Of a stretch of 64,000 nt of DNA, positions 50,237 to 59,800 are shown in pieces. Source of the DNA: Sedimentisphaerales bacterium (GTDB taxonomy: Bacteria > Planctomycetota > Phycisphaerae > Sedimentisphaerales > SM23-30); the NCBI GenBank assembly GCA_963667715.1, contig OY763926.1, positions 2,552,609-2,616,608 of the forward strand, given 5' to 3'. Numbering within the stretch: position 1 is the stretch's first letter; every line of letters starts with the position of its first letter. The position numbers and the translations under genes are program-made. The notes below the pieces were generated by a model. The model was not told the DNA's origin, ran no database searches, and saw only the letters and a list, made by a program, of their open reading frames with translations.

Positions 50237-53023
50237 ATGCTCAAAAGAAGTTGCCTTATGGTACTTTCCCTGTTCTGTTCTTCTGTTTATTCAGGTATTC
50301 TGTTACAAGATAACTATTCTGGTAAACTCCCCTCTGCTCTGACAACAGTAAATGTTTCTTCTGACAGTCTGAATTATCCATATCTAGCCGAAAGTGGCGG
50401 CAGTGTAATTCTAAAAGACTGCAATGATGGATTATGCTATAAACTATCCCCTAAAGCTATAGAAAAGGTTGAGTCTGGCACTATCTATTTAGCAGTATCA
50501 TTCAAAAATCTCAACGCCAGCTGTAATAGTAAATTTGCAGGTATATTTCTTTACAAAGATAATACTGAAGTATTTGGTGCCGGAAATGATTTTGGTTCTG
50601 ATCAATATACATTCTGGATACCAGGTGGTCAGACCACCAGAATCACCGATACTGAGCGTCACATGGACCAGCAGGTACACCGTCTGCTAATAGAAATTAG
50701 TCAGAATAAAACAAGGATCGCCCTGGACCCTATCGTTGGCCGCAGTGTTAGTCGTCAGCCAGACCATATATGGACTGAATACCCTGCAACAATCGATTTC
50801 GATGAAATACGCCTTCGCTGCGGTGAAAATAATTGTTCATGGCAGTTTGACGAACTTGTGCTAGCAGACTCATTTGAAGACACCTGTCCAACCGACAGTG
50901 ATCACGGTGAATATATTAACTTCATTACCAATGGGGCCAAATCACCGGCCAGAACTGAGCTGATCTATAATAATATTGCTCGATTTTGGTCAGACTATGT
51001 CAAGCCGGGCGATGAGCCGTATTCTTTAGCTCTACAGTCAAAGCTGCCGGCGGCTGGCCCCCTACCTGAAAACTTTCCGATAAAACCCGCTTTTTCACAA
51101 ACAGAGGGTAAAAAACACGTTTATATCCCCATTGACACTGAAACAGACCTTTACGGCACAGGTGAGGTAACCGGCTCTCTGCTCCGTAACGGCTATAAGA
51201 TAGTTTTGCAGAATATTGATATTCCTCGTTACGCCAAACCCGACCAGCTATACCAGAGTCACCCATGGGTTATTGGGGTGAATCCAGACGGCACTGCTTT
51301 TGGCGTGCTATTTGATACTACATGGCCAGCTACTCTCGACTTAAGCTCAGGTATTCTTTTCACTACCGATGATGATGTCGAGACTTTCCCCGTTATCATC
51401 TGCCAGGGTTTTTCACCTCAGCAAGTAATGAGCCAGCTTGCCAAGCTCATCGGAACTATTCCAATGCCGCCTCGCTGGTCACTAGGCTACCATCAGTGCC
51501 GCTGGTCATACTACCCGGATGCTCGGGCACGCGAAATAGGCGACCTGTTCAGGGCTAAGCAAATGCCATGTGATGTTATCTGGTTTGACATACATTATAT
51601 GGACGGATTCCGAATATTTACCTTTGATAAGAATAATTTCCCTGATCCTAAAGCTACCAATGATTATCTGCATTCTCTCGGATTCAAGACCATCTGGATG
51701 GTCAATCCGGGTATAAAGGATGAAAAAGGATACGGCATCTGCGATAGTGGCACAGAAAACGATGTCTGGGTGCAAACTGCGGAAGGTGAAACCCTTAAAG
51801 GTAACGTACACCCCGGCCGCTGCGTATTTCCTGACTTTACCAGCCCACGAGTTCGCAAATGGTGGGGCGAGCTTTATCGCGACTTCATGGCACTTGGTAT
51901 AGACGGCGTTTGGAACGATATGAACGAGCCGTACGTAGGAGGTGGCCCGGATAACACTATGCCGATGGATAGTCTCCATCGCGGCGGTGGCGACCTGCCG
52001 CCAGGCACCCACAAAAAGTACCATAATATATATGGTATGTATATGGCAAAAGGCTCATACGAAGGCATACAAGAGCTTTACCCCGATAAAAGACCATTTG
52101 TACTCACAAGGTCAAACTATATCGGCGGCCAACGTTATGCGGCAACCTGGACAGGCGATAATAATTCATCCTGGGAACATCTCAAATGGTCTATCCCTAT
52201 GGCAATGAACATGTCACTGGCCGGTCAGCCGTTTAGCGGACCTGATATTGGCGGCTTCAATTTTGATGCACCGGTTGAGCTCTGGAAACACTGGATCTCC
52301 GTTGGAGCATTCTATCCATTTAGCCGTGCTCATGCCACAATTGGCACCAGTAATCAGGAACCATGGGAGTTTGGTCCAGAAGCTGAAATTATCTCCAGAG
52401 TAGCCCTCCAGAGACGTTATTGGCTTATGCCATATCTTTACAGTCTATTTGCTAAATCACACAAGACAGGCCAGCCTGTGATGAATCCTATATTCTTTGC
52501 AGACCCGGCCGATATGTCGCTAAGAATGGAAAATGGAGCTTTCTTACTGGGACAGGATCTTATTATTGTACCAAAGTGGGCCTCTGCCCCTCAGCTGCCT
52601 TCTGGCAACTGGCCGCTGGTTTCGCTCGTTGGCGAAGATACCGCCAATGACCAATATCAATGTGATGTAAGGATCAGGCCGGGTGCAATTGTCCCACTGG
52701 GGCCTGTTGTACAAACCACCGCCGAACTGCCAGCTCTCTCTGAGCTAACTCTGCTGATCAACCTGGACGATGACGGCAAGGCCAGAGGCGGAGTATACGA
52801 GGACGCTGGCGACGGCTATGAGTTTAAGGAAGGCCAGTATTCTATCTCTGGCTTCTCAGCCGAACGTAACGGCAATAATGTTATCGTCCGTTGCGAAGGA
52901 ACGAAAGGAAACCTTGCCCCTGAGAGTCGTATAGTTAAGCTGGAACTTATCGAATCTGGAAAAGTCTACCATGCACTGGGTGATATCTGCTCAAAAGATG
53001 GTATAAAAATACTACTGAACTAA
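50237..53023 (+). CDS. Glycoside hydrolase family 31 (alpha-glucosidase/alpha-xylosidase type) with an extra ~230-aa N-terminal module
   Basis: The GH31 nucleophile region is GVWNDMNEP and the acid/base region is AATWTGDNNSSW. The ATG at 50237 is preceded by AAAGGAG, and the supplied ORF starts at TTG 50219. Confidence 0.85.
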   Translation: MLKRSCLMVLSLFCSSVYSGILLQDNYSGKLPSALTTVNVSSDSLNYPYLAESGGSVILKDCNDGLCYKLSPKAIEKVESGTIYLAVSFKNLNASCNSKFAGIFLYKDNTEVFGAGNDFGSDQYTFWIPGGQTTRITDTERHMDQQVHRLLIEISQNKTRIALDPIVGRSVSRQPDHIWTEYPATIDFDEIRLRCGENNCSWQFDELVLADSFEDTCPTDSDHGEYINFITNGAKSPARTELIYNNIARFWSDYVKPGDEPYSLALQSKLPAAGPLPENFPIKPAFSQTEGKKHVYIPIDTETDLYGTGEVTGSLLRNGYKIVLQNIDIPRYAKPDQLYQSHPWVIGVNPDGTAFGVLFDTTWPATLDLSSGILFTTDDDVETFPVIICQGFSPQQVMSQLAKLIGTIPMPPRWSLGYHQCRWSYYPDARAREIGDLFRAKQMPCDVIWFDIHYMDGFRIFTFDKNNFPDPKATNDYLHSLGFKTIWMVNPGIKDEKGYGICDSGTENDVWVQTAEGETLKGNVHPGRCVFPDFTSPRVRKWWGELYRDFMALGIDGVWNDMNEPYVGGGPDNTMPMDSLHRGGGDLPPGTHKKYHNIYGMYMAKGSYEGIQELYPDKRPFVLTRSNYIGGQRYAATWTGDNNSSWEHLKWSIPMAMNMSLAGQPFSGPDIGGFNFDAPVELWKHWISVGAFYPFSRAHATIGTSNQEPWEFGPEAEIISRVALQRRYWLMPYLYSLFAKSHKTGQPVMNPIFFADPADMSLRMENGAFLLGQDLIIVPKWASAPQLPSGNWPLVSLVGEDTANDQYQCDVRIRPGAIVPLGPVVQTTAELPALSELTLLINLDDDGKARGGVYEDAGDGYEFKEGQYSISGFSAERNGNNVIVRCEGTKGNLAPESRIVKLELIESGKVYHALGDICSKDGIKILLN

Positions 53024-53060
53024 TCCAGCCAACATTATCCAGCTTAGGTGATAATAAACA

Positions 53061-53099
53061 AAAAAGAGGTATCTGCTCGCGGGCAAATACCTCTTTTTT
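53061..53099 (+). terminator. Rho-independent terminator after the GH31 gene
   Basis: The stem pairs AGAGGTAT (53065-53072) with ATACCTCT (53087-53094) and is followed by a T-run. Confidence 0.6.
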
Positions 53100-53128
53100 A
53101 TAACCTTTTACAGCTATTAAAATAAATT

Positions 53129-53500
53129 CCACTGTGCTTATAAGCCGGGTTCTGTCTCCATAAATGGATGACGGTCATTTAACTTGACTGACGGTTACCC
53201 GTTCAGCTCCTGGCATAAAGCCAGCGCGATCTACCCGAATCTCACTGTGCCGGGCCGACACTCGATTCTGCTTGATCTTGCAGGAGGTGGGGTTTACCAT
53301 GCCGTTACTGTTACCAGCTCCGCGGTGCGCTCTTACCGCACCATTTCAACCTTACCTGTGGCCGAAGCCCATCGGCGGTATTTTTTCTGTTGCACTTTCC
53401 CTGGGGTCGCCCCCGGCGGCCGTTAGCCGTCACCTTGCCCTGTCCTGTCCGGACTTTCCTCTTACAGCTCATGACTGTAAGCGACCGTCCAGCTCAGTGG
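53129..53500 (-). ncRNA. rnpB: RNase P RNA, bacterial type A
   Basis: The minus strand contains the universally conserved P4 strands GAGGAAAGTCCGGAC (around 53451-53461) and ACAGAACCCGGCTTAT (53141-53156), plus AGTGCAACAGAAA, CAGGTAAGG, GGTGCGGTAAGAGCGCACC and GGTAACAG...GGTAAACCCCACC blocks matching E. coli M1 RNA. P1 pairs CCACTG (5' end) with CAGTGG (3' end). Confidence 0.92.
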
Positions 53501-53529
53501 AATATATATCTATTGCAGATTCTATCTGC

Positions 53530-54129
53530 TTATTTTACCATACCGGAGAAGCCCATAAAGGCCAGTGTCATTATTGATGCTGTTATCAGTGTTATACCTG
53601 CACCGCGAAGTGATACCGGAACATCAGCAGCTTCCAACCTTTCACGGATACCGCCCATAATACAGATCGCCAGGGTAAAACCGACGCCACCACCGAAACC
53701 AGCAGTTACAGCTTCCAGAAATCCATAGCCCCATAGTGTAATAAACAAACAACAGCCGAGAATAGCACAGTTTGTTACGATCAAGGGCAGGAATATACCA
53801 AAACTCTTATACAGCGGCGGGAAAAACTTGCGTACATACATTTCCACCAGCTGTACCATACAGGCAATAACCATAATGAACGCTATATTATTGAGAAAAC
53901 CAAGGCCAAGCTCTTTCAGATAGTGATTTACCACCCAGGTCAAAGCTGAGCTAAGTGTCATTACAAAAGTAACGGCACAGCCCATACCAAAGGCCATATC
54001 GATCTTTCTCGATACACCGATATAAGGGCAAATTCCCAAAAACTTGGTTAAAACAAGGTTATTTACAACTGATATCGAGATAAAAACCAGTACCAGGTTG
54101 CCTATCTGTTCACCTAATGATGCTAACAT
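53530..54129 (-). CDS. rnfA: Rnf electron transport complex subunit A
   Basis: VVNNLVLTKFLGICPYIGVSRKID, FLPLIVTNCAILG, IRERL and TLAFMGFSGMVK align closely with E. coli RsxA/RnfA. Confidence 0.85.
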   Translation of the reverse strand: MLASLGEQIGNLVLVFISISVVNNLVLTKFLGICPYIGVSRKIDMAFGMGCAVTFVMTLSSALTWVVNHYLKELGLGFLNNIAFIMVIACMVQLVEMYVRKFFPPLYKSFGIFLPLIVTNCAILGCCLFITLWGYGFLEAVTAGFGGGVGFTLAICIMGGIRERLEAADVPVSLRGAGITLITASIMTLAFMGFSGMVK

Positions 54130-54191
54130 TTTATACCTTAAAATTAAGTAAAAGGTTAAAGGTTAAAAGTCAAAACGTTATTATCGCTAAC

Positions 54192-54812
54192 TTATTTCTT
54201 TTTATTAAAATGGTTGTTCAAACCAAGAAGAATACCTAGTGTCATAAATGCACCTGCAGGCAACTTCATAACATTCCAGCGTTCAAAACTATCCGGCATC
54301 ATCATAATACCGAAGATCGAACCGTCTGCAAGAATCTCACGAACACAAGCCAGGATACATAGACCAAGCGTAAAGCCCAGGCCCATACCCAATGCGTCAA
54401 AGAAACTCACTACCACGCCCTTTCTGCTTCCGCAGGCTTCGGCACGGCCGATGATCAGACAGTTTACAATGATAAGCGGTACGAACGGGCCGAGCTTCGC
54501 TGACATATCTGGCAGAAAAGCCTGTAAACCCAAATCTGCTATTGTCACAAATGTGGCGATAGTAAGAGTGAACATTAGGATACGTAAATGACCAACCAGA
54601 AGCTTTCTCATTAGCGAAACCACAACATTCGAGCATAAAAGTACAAACGTTGTAGCCAGGCCCATAGTAAGGGCTGACTTTGCCTCTGCGGTTACCGCCA
54701 GAGTCGGACACATACCAAGAAGCTGCCTGAATATGGCATTTTCTTCCCAGAGCCCACGGATAAACGCGGTTATTGCCTCAGGCGATTTGCTTTTTACTGC
54801 ATTTTCTGACAT
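54192..54812 (-). CDS. rnfE: Rnf electron transport complex subunit E
   Basis: GLWEENAIFRQLLGMCPTLAVT and PLIIVNCLIIGRAEA are RnfE/NqrD-type motifs. The likely start is ATG 54812 (MSENAV), and the supplied ORF extends to 54860. Confidence 0.8.
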   Translation of the reverse strand: MSENAVKSKSPEAITAFIRGLWEENAIFRQLLGMCPTLAVTAEAKSALTMGLATTFVLLCSNVVVSLMRKLLVGHLRILMFTLTIATFVTIADLGLQAFLPDMSAKLGPFVPLIIVNCLIIGRAEACGSRKGVVVSFFDALGMGLGFTLGLCILACVREILADGSIFGIMMMPDSFERWNVMKLPAGAFMTLGILLGLNNHFNKKK

Positions 54813-54891
54813 ATACACCTCGTGTATTATAATTGCTGACCGCCTCAACCAGACGGCCAAAATATTAGCTAAATAGAATTCTAACAGTCAA

Positions 54892-55491
54892 TTATTTAAC
54901 TATCAGTTCTTTCATCTTAATAATAGAATTGTTAACGATCTTCGTTACGGCTTCTGAGGTAATAGTTGCACCAGTAATAGCTACGATCTCCTTATCAGAA
55001 CGATCGCTTTTATCACCAACTTTAGCAACTTTAAGCTTAGCCCCCTTTACCGGACAAGGCGAGCCAATAAACTCATCACTGAAAGTGCCTTCGCCAACCG
55101 GAACGATCTTATCGCCAAAGCCCGGGGTCTCCTGCGAATACATAACAGCTATACCCTTACAGTTATTAAAGTCAGCATCAACTGCTACTAATAATTCGAT
55201 CCGGTCAGCAAAACCGCCGCCTTCGGCAGGGAAACAATAGCCTACGAAGTTATCACCGTCAAAAGCTTTATAGTATACTTTATCCGCATCCTTTTCTGCT
55301 GCGGCTTTTTCGTAAACCACTTCTTCAAAAGTGCAATTTTCACCCAGCAGACGCTTCATGTTATTGTCGCGTTTAATCACTTTATTCTGTTCTATGCGGT
55401 CTTTGAGCGAGCCATGTACTCCAGCCACCAACAGGCCAAAACACAGTGACGCTACAATAACCAGCCAGGAATCTTTTATAAATCTACCCAT
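54892..55491 (-). CDS. rnfG: Rnf electron transport complex subunit G (FMN-binding)
   Basis: It has an N-terminal membrane anchor, and the FMN-binding domain carries the flavinylation-type motif AITGATITSEAV. The 199-aa length fits RnfG rather than the longer NqrC. Confidence 0.75.
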   Translation of the reverse strand: MGRFIKDSWLVIVASLCFGLLVAGVHGSLKDRIEQNKVIKRDNNMKRLLGENCTFEEVVYEKAAAEKDADKVYYKAFDGDNFVGYCFPAEGGGFADRIELLVAVDADFNNCKGIAVMYSQETPGFGDKIVPVGEGTFSDEFIGSPCPVKGAKLKVAKVGDKSDRSDKEIVAITGATITSEAVTKIVNNSIIKMKELIVK

Positions 55492-55520
55492 TATTTAACC
55501 TTTTCAGTTTCAGATAACGT

Positions 55521-56609
55521 TTATTTATCAATAATTGATGATACCTGCTTACGGCTTAGGAATATCACCAGCCGGGCGAGCTTGGTCCAGTTATCGATCA
55601 GCGGGGTAACTGAGTTCATCAGCAGAACCGCATACATAACACCTTCAGGATACCCGCCAATAAGTCGGATAAGCATGGTCAAAATACCAACACCAGCACC
55701 AAAGATAAATCTACCCTTTTTAGTCAGCGGACAGGTTACCGGATCTGTAGCGATAAAGAAAGCACACATAAGTAAACCACCGCTACAAAGATGGAGAATT
55801 GGATTGGCATACACGCCGGGATCAGAGAACCACGCAATACCAGATACCATAGCTGCAGCACCAAGTACACCAGCTGGAGTATGCCAGGTAATAGTACCGC
55901 GGAAAATAAGGAAAAGACCACCTATAAGCCATGCTATTGCACTGGTTTCACCCAGCGAACCACCCACTCTGCCAATAAAGGCATCCTTTATCCAGCTATT
56001 GGCCTCGGAAGCCTTAGCTTTAACCTCTGGAGCCTTCTCTTCGTCAGTTTTATCTTTGATCGGCTGCTTGGCGATCTTAAGCGGGGTCGCCTCCGAAACA
56101 GCTACAACAGACTTACCACTGTCATCAACCTTGATACCAGAGATATCTACCTGCTGAGGTAGCACCCAGAAGGTCATCAGTGTGCCAAAGCAAGCCATTA
56201 AAAATGCACGACCTGCCATTGCCGGGTTAAAGATATTACATCCCAGCCCGCCAAAGAGCATCTTTACTACGCCAATAGATACGACCATACCGAGCATAGC
56301 AGCCCAAAATGGTATAGCAGGTGGTAAAGATAGACCTAAAATAATTGCGGCTACAACTGCACTGCCGTCAAATGCCGTCTGACGCTTACCGCGAACAACA
56401 TTGAATATGTACTCAGTTGCAACAGCAGTTATAATACAAGTCAGTAAGACCTTTACTGCCAATATCTTAAAGAAAAACAAAGCTCCAATGATCGCAGGCA
56501 CACAGCCTATTATCACTTCTGCCATCACACGACGGCTTGTAGCCGGCTCACTTAAATGAGGTGATGACGATACAATCAGAAATTTACCGTCTTTTTGCGA
56601 CTCTGTCAT
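55521..56609 (-). CDS. rnfD: Rnf electron transport complex subunit D
   Basis: The protein is polytopic, with SSSPHL near the N-terminus, NPAMAGRAFL, GGSLGETSAIAWLIGG and DPVT motifs typical of RnfD/NqrB. The likely start is ATG 56609 (MTESQKDGKF), and the supplied ORF extends to 56678. Confidence 0.8.
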   Translation of the reverse strand: MTESQKDGKFLIVSSSPHLSEPATSRRVMAEVIIGCVPAIIGALFFFKILAVKVLLTCIITAVATEYIFNVVRGKRQTAFDGSAVVAAIILGLSLPPAIPFWAAMLGMVVSIGVVKMLFGGLGCNIFNPAMAGRAFLMACFGTLMTFWVLPQQVDISGIKVDDSGKSVVAVSEATPLKIAKQPIKDKTDEEKAPEVKAKASEANSWIKDAFIGRVGGSLGETSAIAWLIGGLFLIFRGTITWHTPAGVLGAAAMVSGIAWFSDPGVYANPILHLCSGGLLMCAFFIATDPVTCPLTKKGRFIFGAGVGILTMLIRLIGGYPEGVMYAVLLMNSVTPLIDNWTKLARLVIFLSRKQVSSIIDK

Positions 56610-56821
56610 TTTGCAATAACCCACTTCCTTAACGCATGTTAATAAGTCACTTACGTAATAGATTGGAAATATTAACAAAATAAGGGGAACAAATCAAGGC
56701 AAAATAGCAAAACAAATAGTTATAACAAAATGACTTAAGGGGATTGTATAGATAAAAAATTATCGATTAACAGTTACCACTCATACACTCTTTAGCCAAC
56801 AGCAATATCGATATTAATCCT

Positions 56822-59800
56822 TTACTTCAGATTCAAGATCTTTTCTATACTGGCATCACCAACACCAGAAAATCCGCCACCACGAACCACATTCGATGAC
56901 GAAGCCAGGCTATTAATGACCGGAGTAGGGTCAATAGCTGTAATAACCGCAAAAGATTTGGTCATACCAAGCAAAGATGCTCCACCCTGAGCAATGGCAA
57001 CACCAGTAGCAACCGAACCAACAGCACCTCCAATAACAGTTATATCAATATCCTGCACTGTTATCTCATGTTCAGAGAAATTCTTTTCGTTTGCCCTCAA
57101 AGAATCAGACTGCTTCTCCAGAACTATAGCCGTCAATGCATCCTGCTCAGGGGAAATGCTTATATCACCCAGTGAGCCAATATACAATCCAGACTCAGTG
57201 AACATCATATCAACATCAGAATTATTGACCATTTCTCCGTCAGATATATTTATCATCTTTCCGGAATCTCTAACTACTTCCACTGCTGCAACCTTAAAAC
57301 CAGGCATATCACTCATAACAGAATGTTCTTGCCACTGATCATGCTGCTGTTCAGCGATCATTTCTTTTTTACTGTCGTCACTTTTCTGCTGTGCCTTTGC
57401 AGCCTTTTCAACCTCCGACGAACCTTCGCTGTCACTGCCAGCATCAGAACTAGATACTTCTTCTGTCGCATCATTGTTTGAACTCGTATCTGTTACTGCA
57501 GCAGTACTTTTAGTTGTTTCACTTACCACACTACCTACAGCACTACTCTCTTCCTGCGTCGGAGTAGTCTGAGCAACACTTTCTTCACTAACATCAGATG
57601 AATTAGCATCTGCAATAACAGTATTCGAATCGGTATTAGTGCCAGTATCACCAACTGCACTTGAATCGTTAACGTTCAGGCTAATCGCCTGATTTGCAAT
57701 AATTTGTGCAACAAGACTACTACTGCCACTTGTAGGTACAGTCTGCTCAACAACAGTATTTGAACTATTATCCACTACTACATCCGGCGAAACCAAAGAA
57801 TCGTCGGGGACTACCGGGACATCTTCTGGTATCGGTACGGGAACACCTTCATCGACCACTTCTGGAACAATCGGATCAACAATTACAACATCCTGAACAA
57901 TATCACTTCCAGCACTGTCATCAACTATATTCGGCGCAATAACTGGCACAAAAGATTTTACGGTAATGTATCCAACAGTTATATTGTTATTTGCATCTGC
58001 TATCGTATAAACAATAGTATCATCACCACTATAACCTGCTGGGCCGATATAAATAGCTCCACCTACTCCATCATACGAGATATAACCATAAGTTGGTTTT
58101 GAAATATTTACCAGCCTGATCTCATCGCCATCGGGATCGTAGTCATTCAATATAATACTATCAAGTGACAATGGTTTACCTTCATACCAGAGAATATCAT
58201 CTACTATAACAGGATTATCTTCAACGCCAACAACGATTACATTTACCGTTGCTGTATCAACCCCACCATCACTATCAACAATTGCATAAGTAAATGTATC
58301 CTGACCAAAAAAGTCGGCAGAAGGTGTATATGTCACATTACCGCTACCATCTAACACTGTAGAACCAAATGTCGGCTGGCTTATCGATACGATCTCTAAC
58401 AGAAAACCATCCATATCGGTATCGTTAACGAGCAGATCTGTTATGACTAATTGCCCATCTTCTGTCACAGAATAATCATCATTTTCCGCAATTGGCAGAT
58501 CATTTACCGAACCAACTGTAACATTTACAGTTACAATATCCAATAAACCATTACCATCGCTAACGGTATATGTGAAGCTGTCCGGGCCAGAGTAGTTATC
58601 ATCTGGTAAATACGTAACAGTACCGTCGCCATTATTGAGAACACTTCCATGCGAACCGTCTGTTACCCCTATTATTGAAAGCACATCATTATCAGCGTCA
58701 ACATCATTAGCCAGTAAATTTCCACTTACGGTGAGTACATCCTCTGTCACACTTATATGGTCAACACTACCAATCGGAGCATCCGCCACACCATTTACAG
58801 TAACATTAGCAGTAACAATGTCTGCACCACCATAAACATCTGTAATAGTATACGTAAAGCTATCAGCACCATAATAATCGGCAACCGGGGTATAGGTAAC
58901 AGTACCATCTCCATTATCTACCACCGAACCATGACTGCCACTGCTTACAGCAGTGATCGTAAAAGTATCGCCGTCAGCATCTATATCATTTGCCAGTAAA
59001 TTACCTGTAGTTAAAGGAACGTCTTCTGTTACTGTTATTGATTCGCCAGTTCCAGTCGGATCATTATTCTCAACTGACCGATACAAATTATACACTTCCT
59101 GATCTGAAAGATCACGGTCGTATATTTTTATCTCATCCAACAAGCCATCATAGAAGTATGTGCCAGTTTGAATACTTCCAAAGCGGATAAAATTCGTATC
59201 TATCAGAGACTCAAGATTAGCTGTTGTCTGCGCCTCCTGCACACCGTTAATATACAATGTAATTTCACCGGTTTCAGCACTGCGAGTAGCGGTCACATAA
59301 TTCCACAACCCATCATTAACTGCGCTAGTAGAGATTATAGTAGTATCAACATGATTGACTGGATCACCAATACCAAAAGCTATATTATCACCAAGCAGCG
59401 AGACACCAAAATCTCCTACCCATAACGTCTGTTCTGCATCGACCAGACCGCTACCATCATACCACTGAACACCAACTTCAGTACCAGTCGATGTTGTATT
59501 CATCCAGAACGATATGGTAAAACTGTCACTAATCTCCCTACCAGTAACAACATAATCATCTACACCATCAAAATCAAGAGCTCCACCGACAACACCAGCA
59601 GTCCACACAGGACCATTGACCAGATCGCCATCATTGACAGCCACACTGTCATCAGCTACTAACCCTCCAGCATCATCAAGGTTCCAATAACCAGTATAAT
59701 CACTTGCCATAGAATAGGTATCTACTACTGTAACATTCACGGTAACAATATCGCTGCCGCCATTACCATCACTAACTGTATAAGTAAAGCTATCAGAGCC

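Noticed and set aside
53184-53728. Three overlapping plus-strand ORFs (80, 101 and 112 aa).
   Set aside because: They overlap the RNase P RNA gene and the rnfA 3' end. The region carries the universal RNase P P4 motifs on the minus strand, and the ORF translations are Pro/Ala/Arg-rich artefacts of GC-rich structured RNA.
55582-56162. 191-aa and 123-aa plus-strand ORFs, plus similar antisense or alternative-frame ORFs of 100-170 aa in secA, leuS, the GH2 and GH31 genes, hcp and the kinase gene.
   Set aside because: All are nested within and opposite to, or out of frame with, genes that have strong family signatures. None has a motif, a start context or independent spacing.
53530-56609. I considered that the four membrane-subunit genes are Na+-NQR nqrBCDE rather than rnfDGEA.
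   Set aside because: The last gene aligns closely with E. coli RsxA/RnfA (NN.VL.KFLG.CP..GVS.K). The FMN subunit is 199 aa, which is RnfG-sized, whereas NqrC is about 250 aa. No nqrA or nqrF flank the set. A profile-based test is still needed.
56610-56678. N-terminal extensions in the supplied ORF track for rnfD (56610-56678), rnfE (54813-54860), the sulfatase (14274-14342), hcp (18115-18150), GH31 (50219-50236), metY (21580-21609) and the GLUG protein (3079-3096).
   Set aside because: In each case an internal ATG gives the canonical family N-terminus or a signal peptide, and it is usually preceded by an SD-like purine run. The extensions add non-conserved residues, so the shorter coordinates are reported, although the starts remain unverified.
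57380-57960. I considered the acidic Ser/Thr/Val/Pro-rich low-complexity part of the giant gene as a possible tandem DNA repeat or contingency locus.
   Set aside because: The amino-acid bias is strong, but I could not find an exact nucleotide period or repeated unit. It reads as a compositionally biased linker rather than a simple-sequence repeat.
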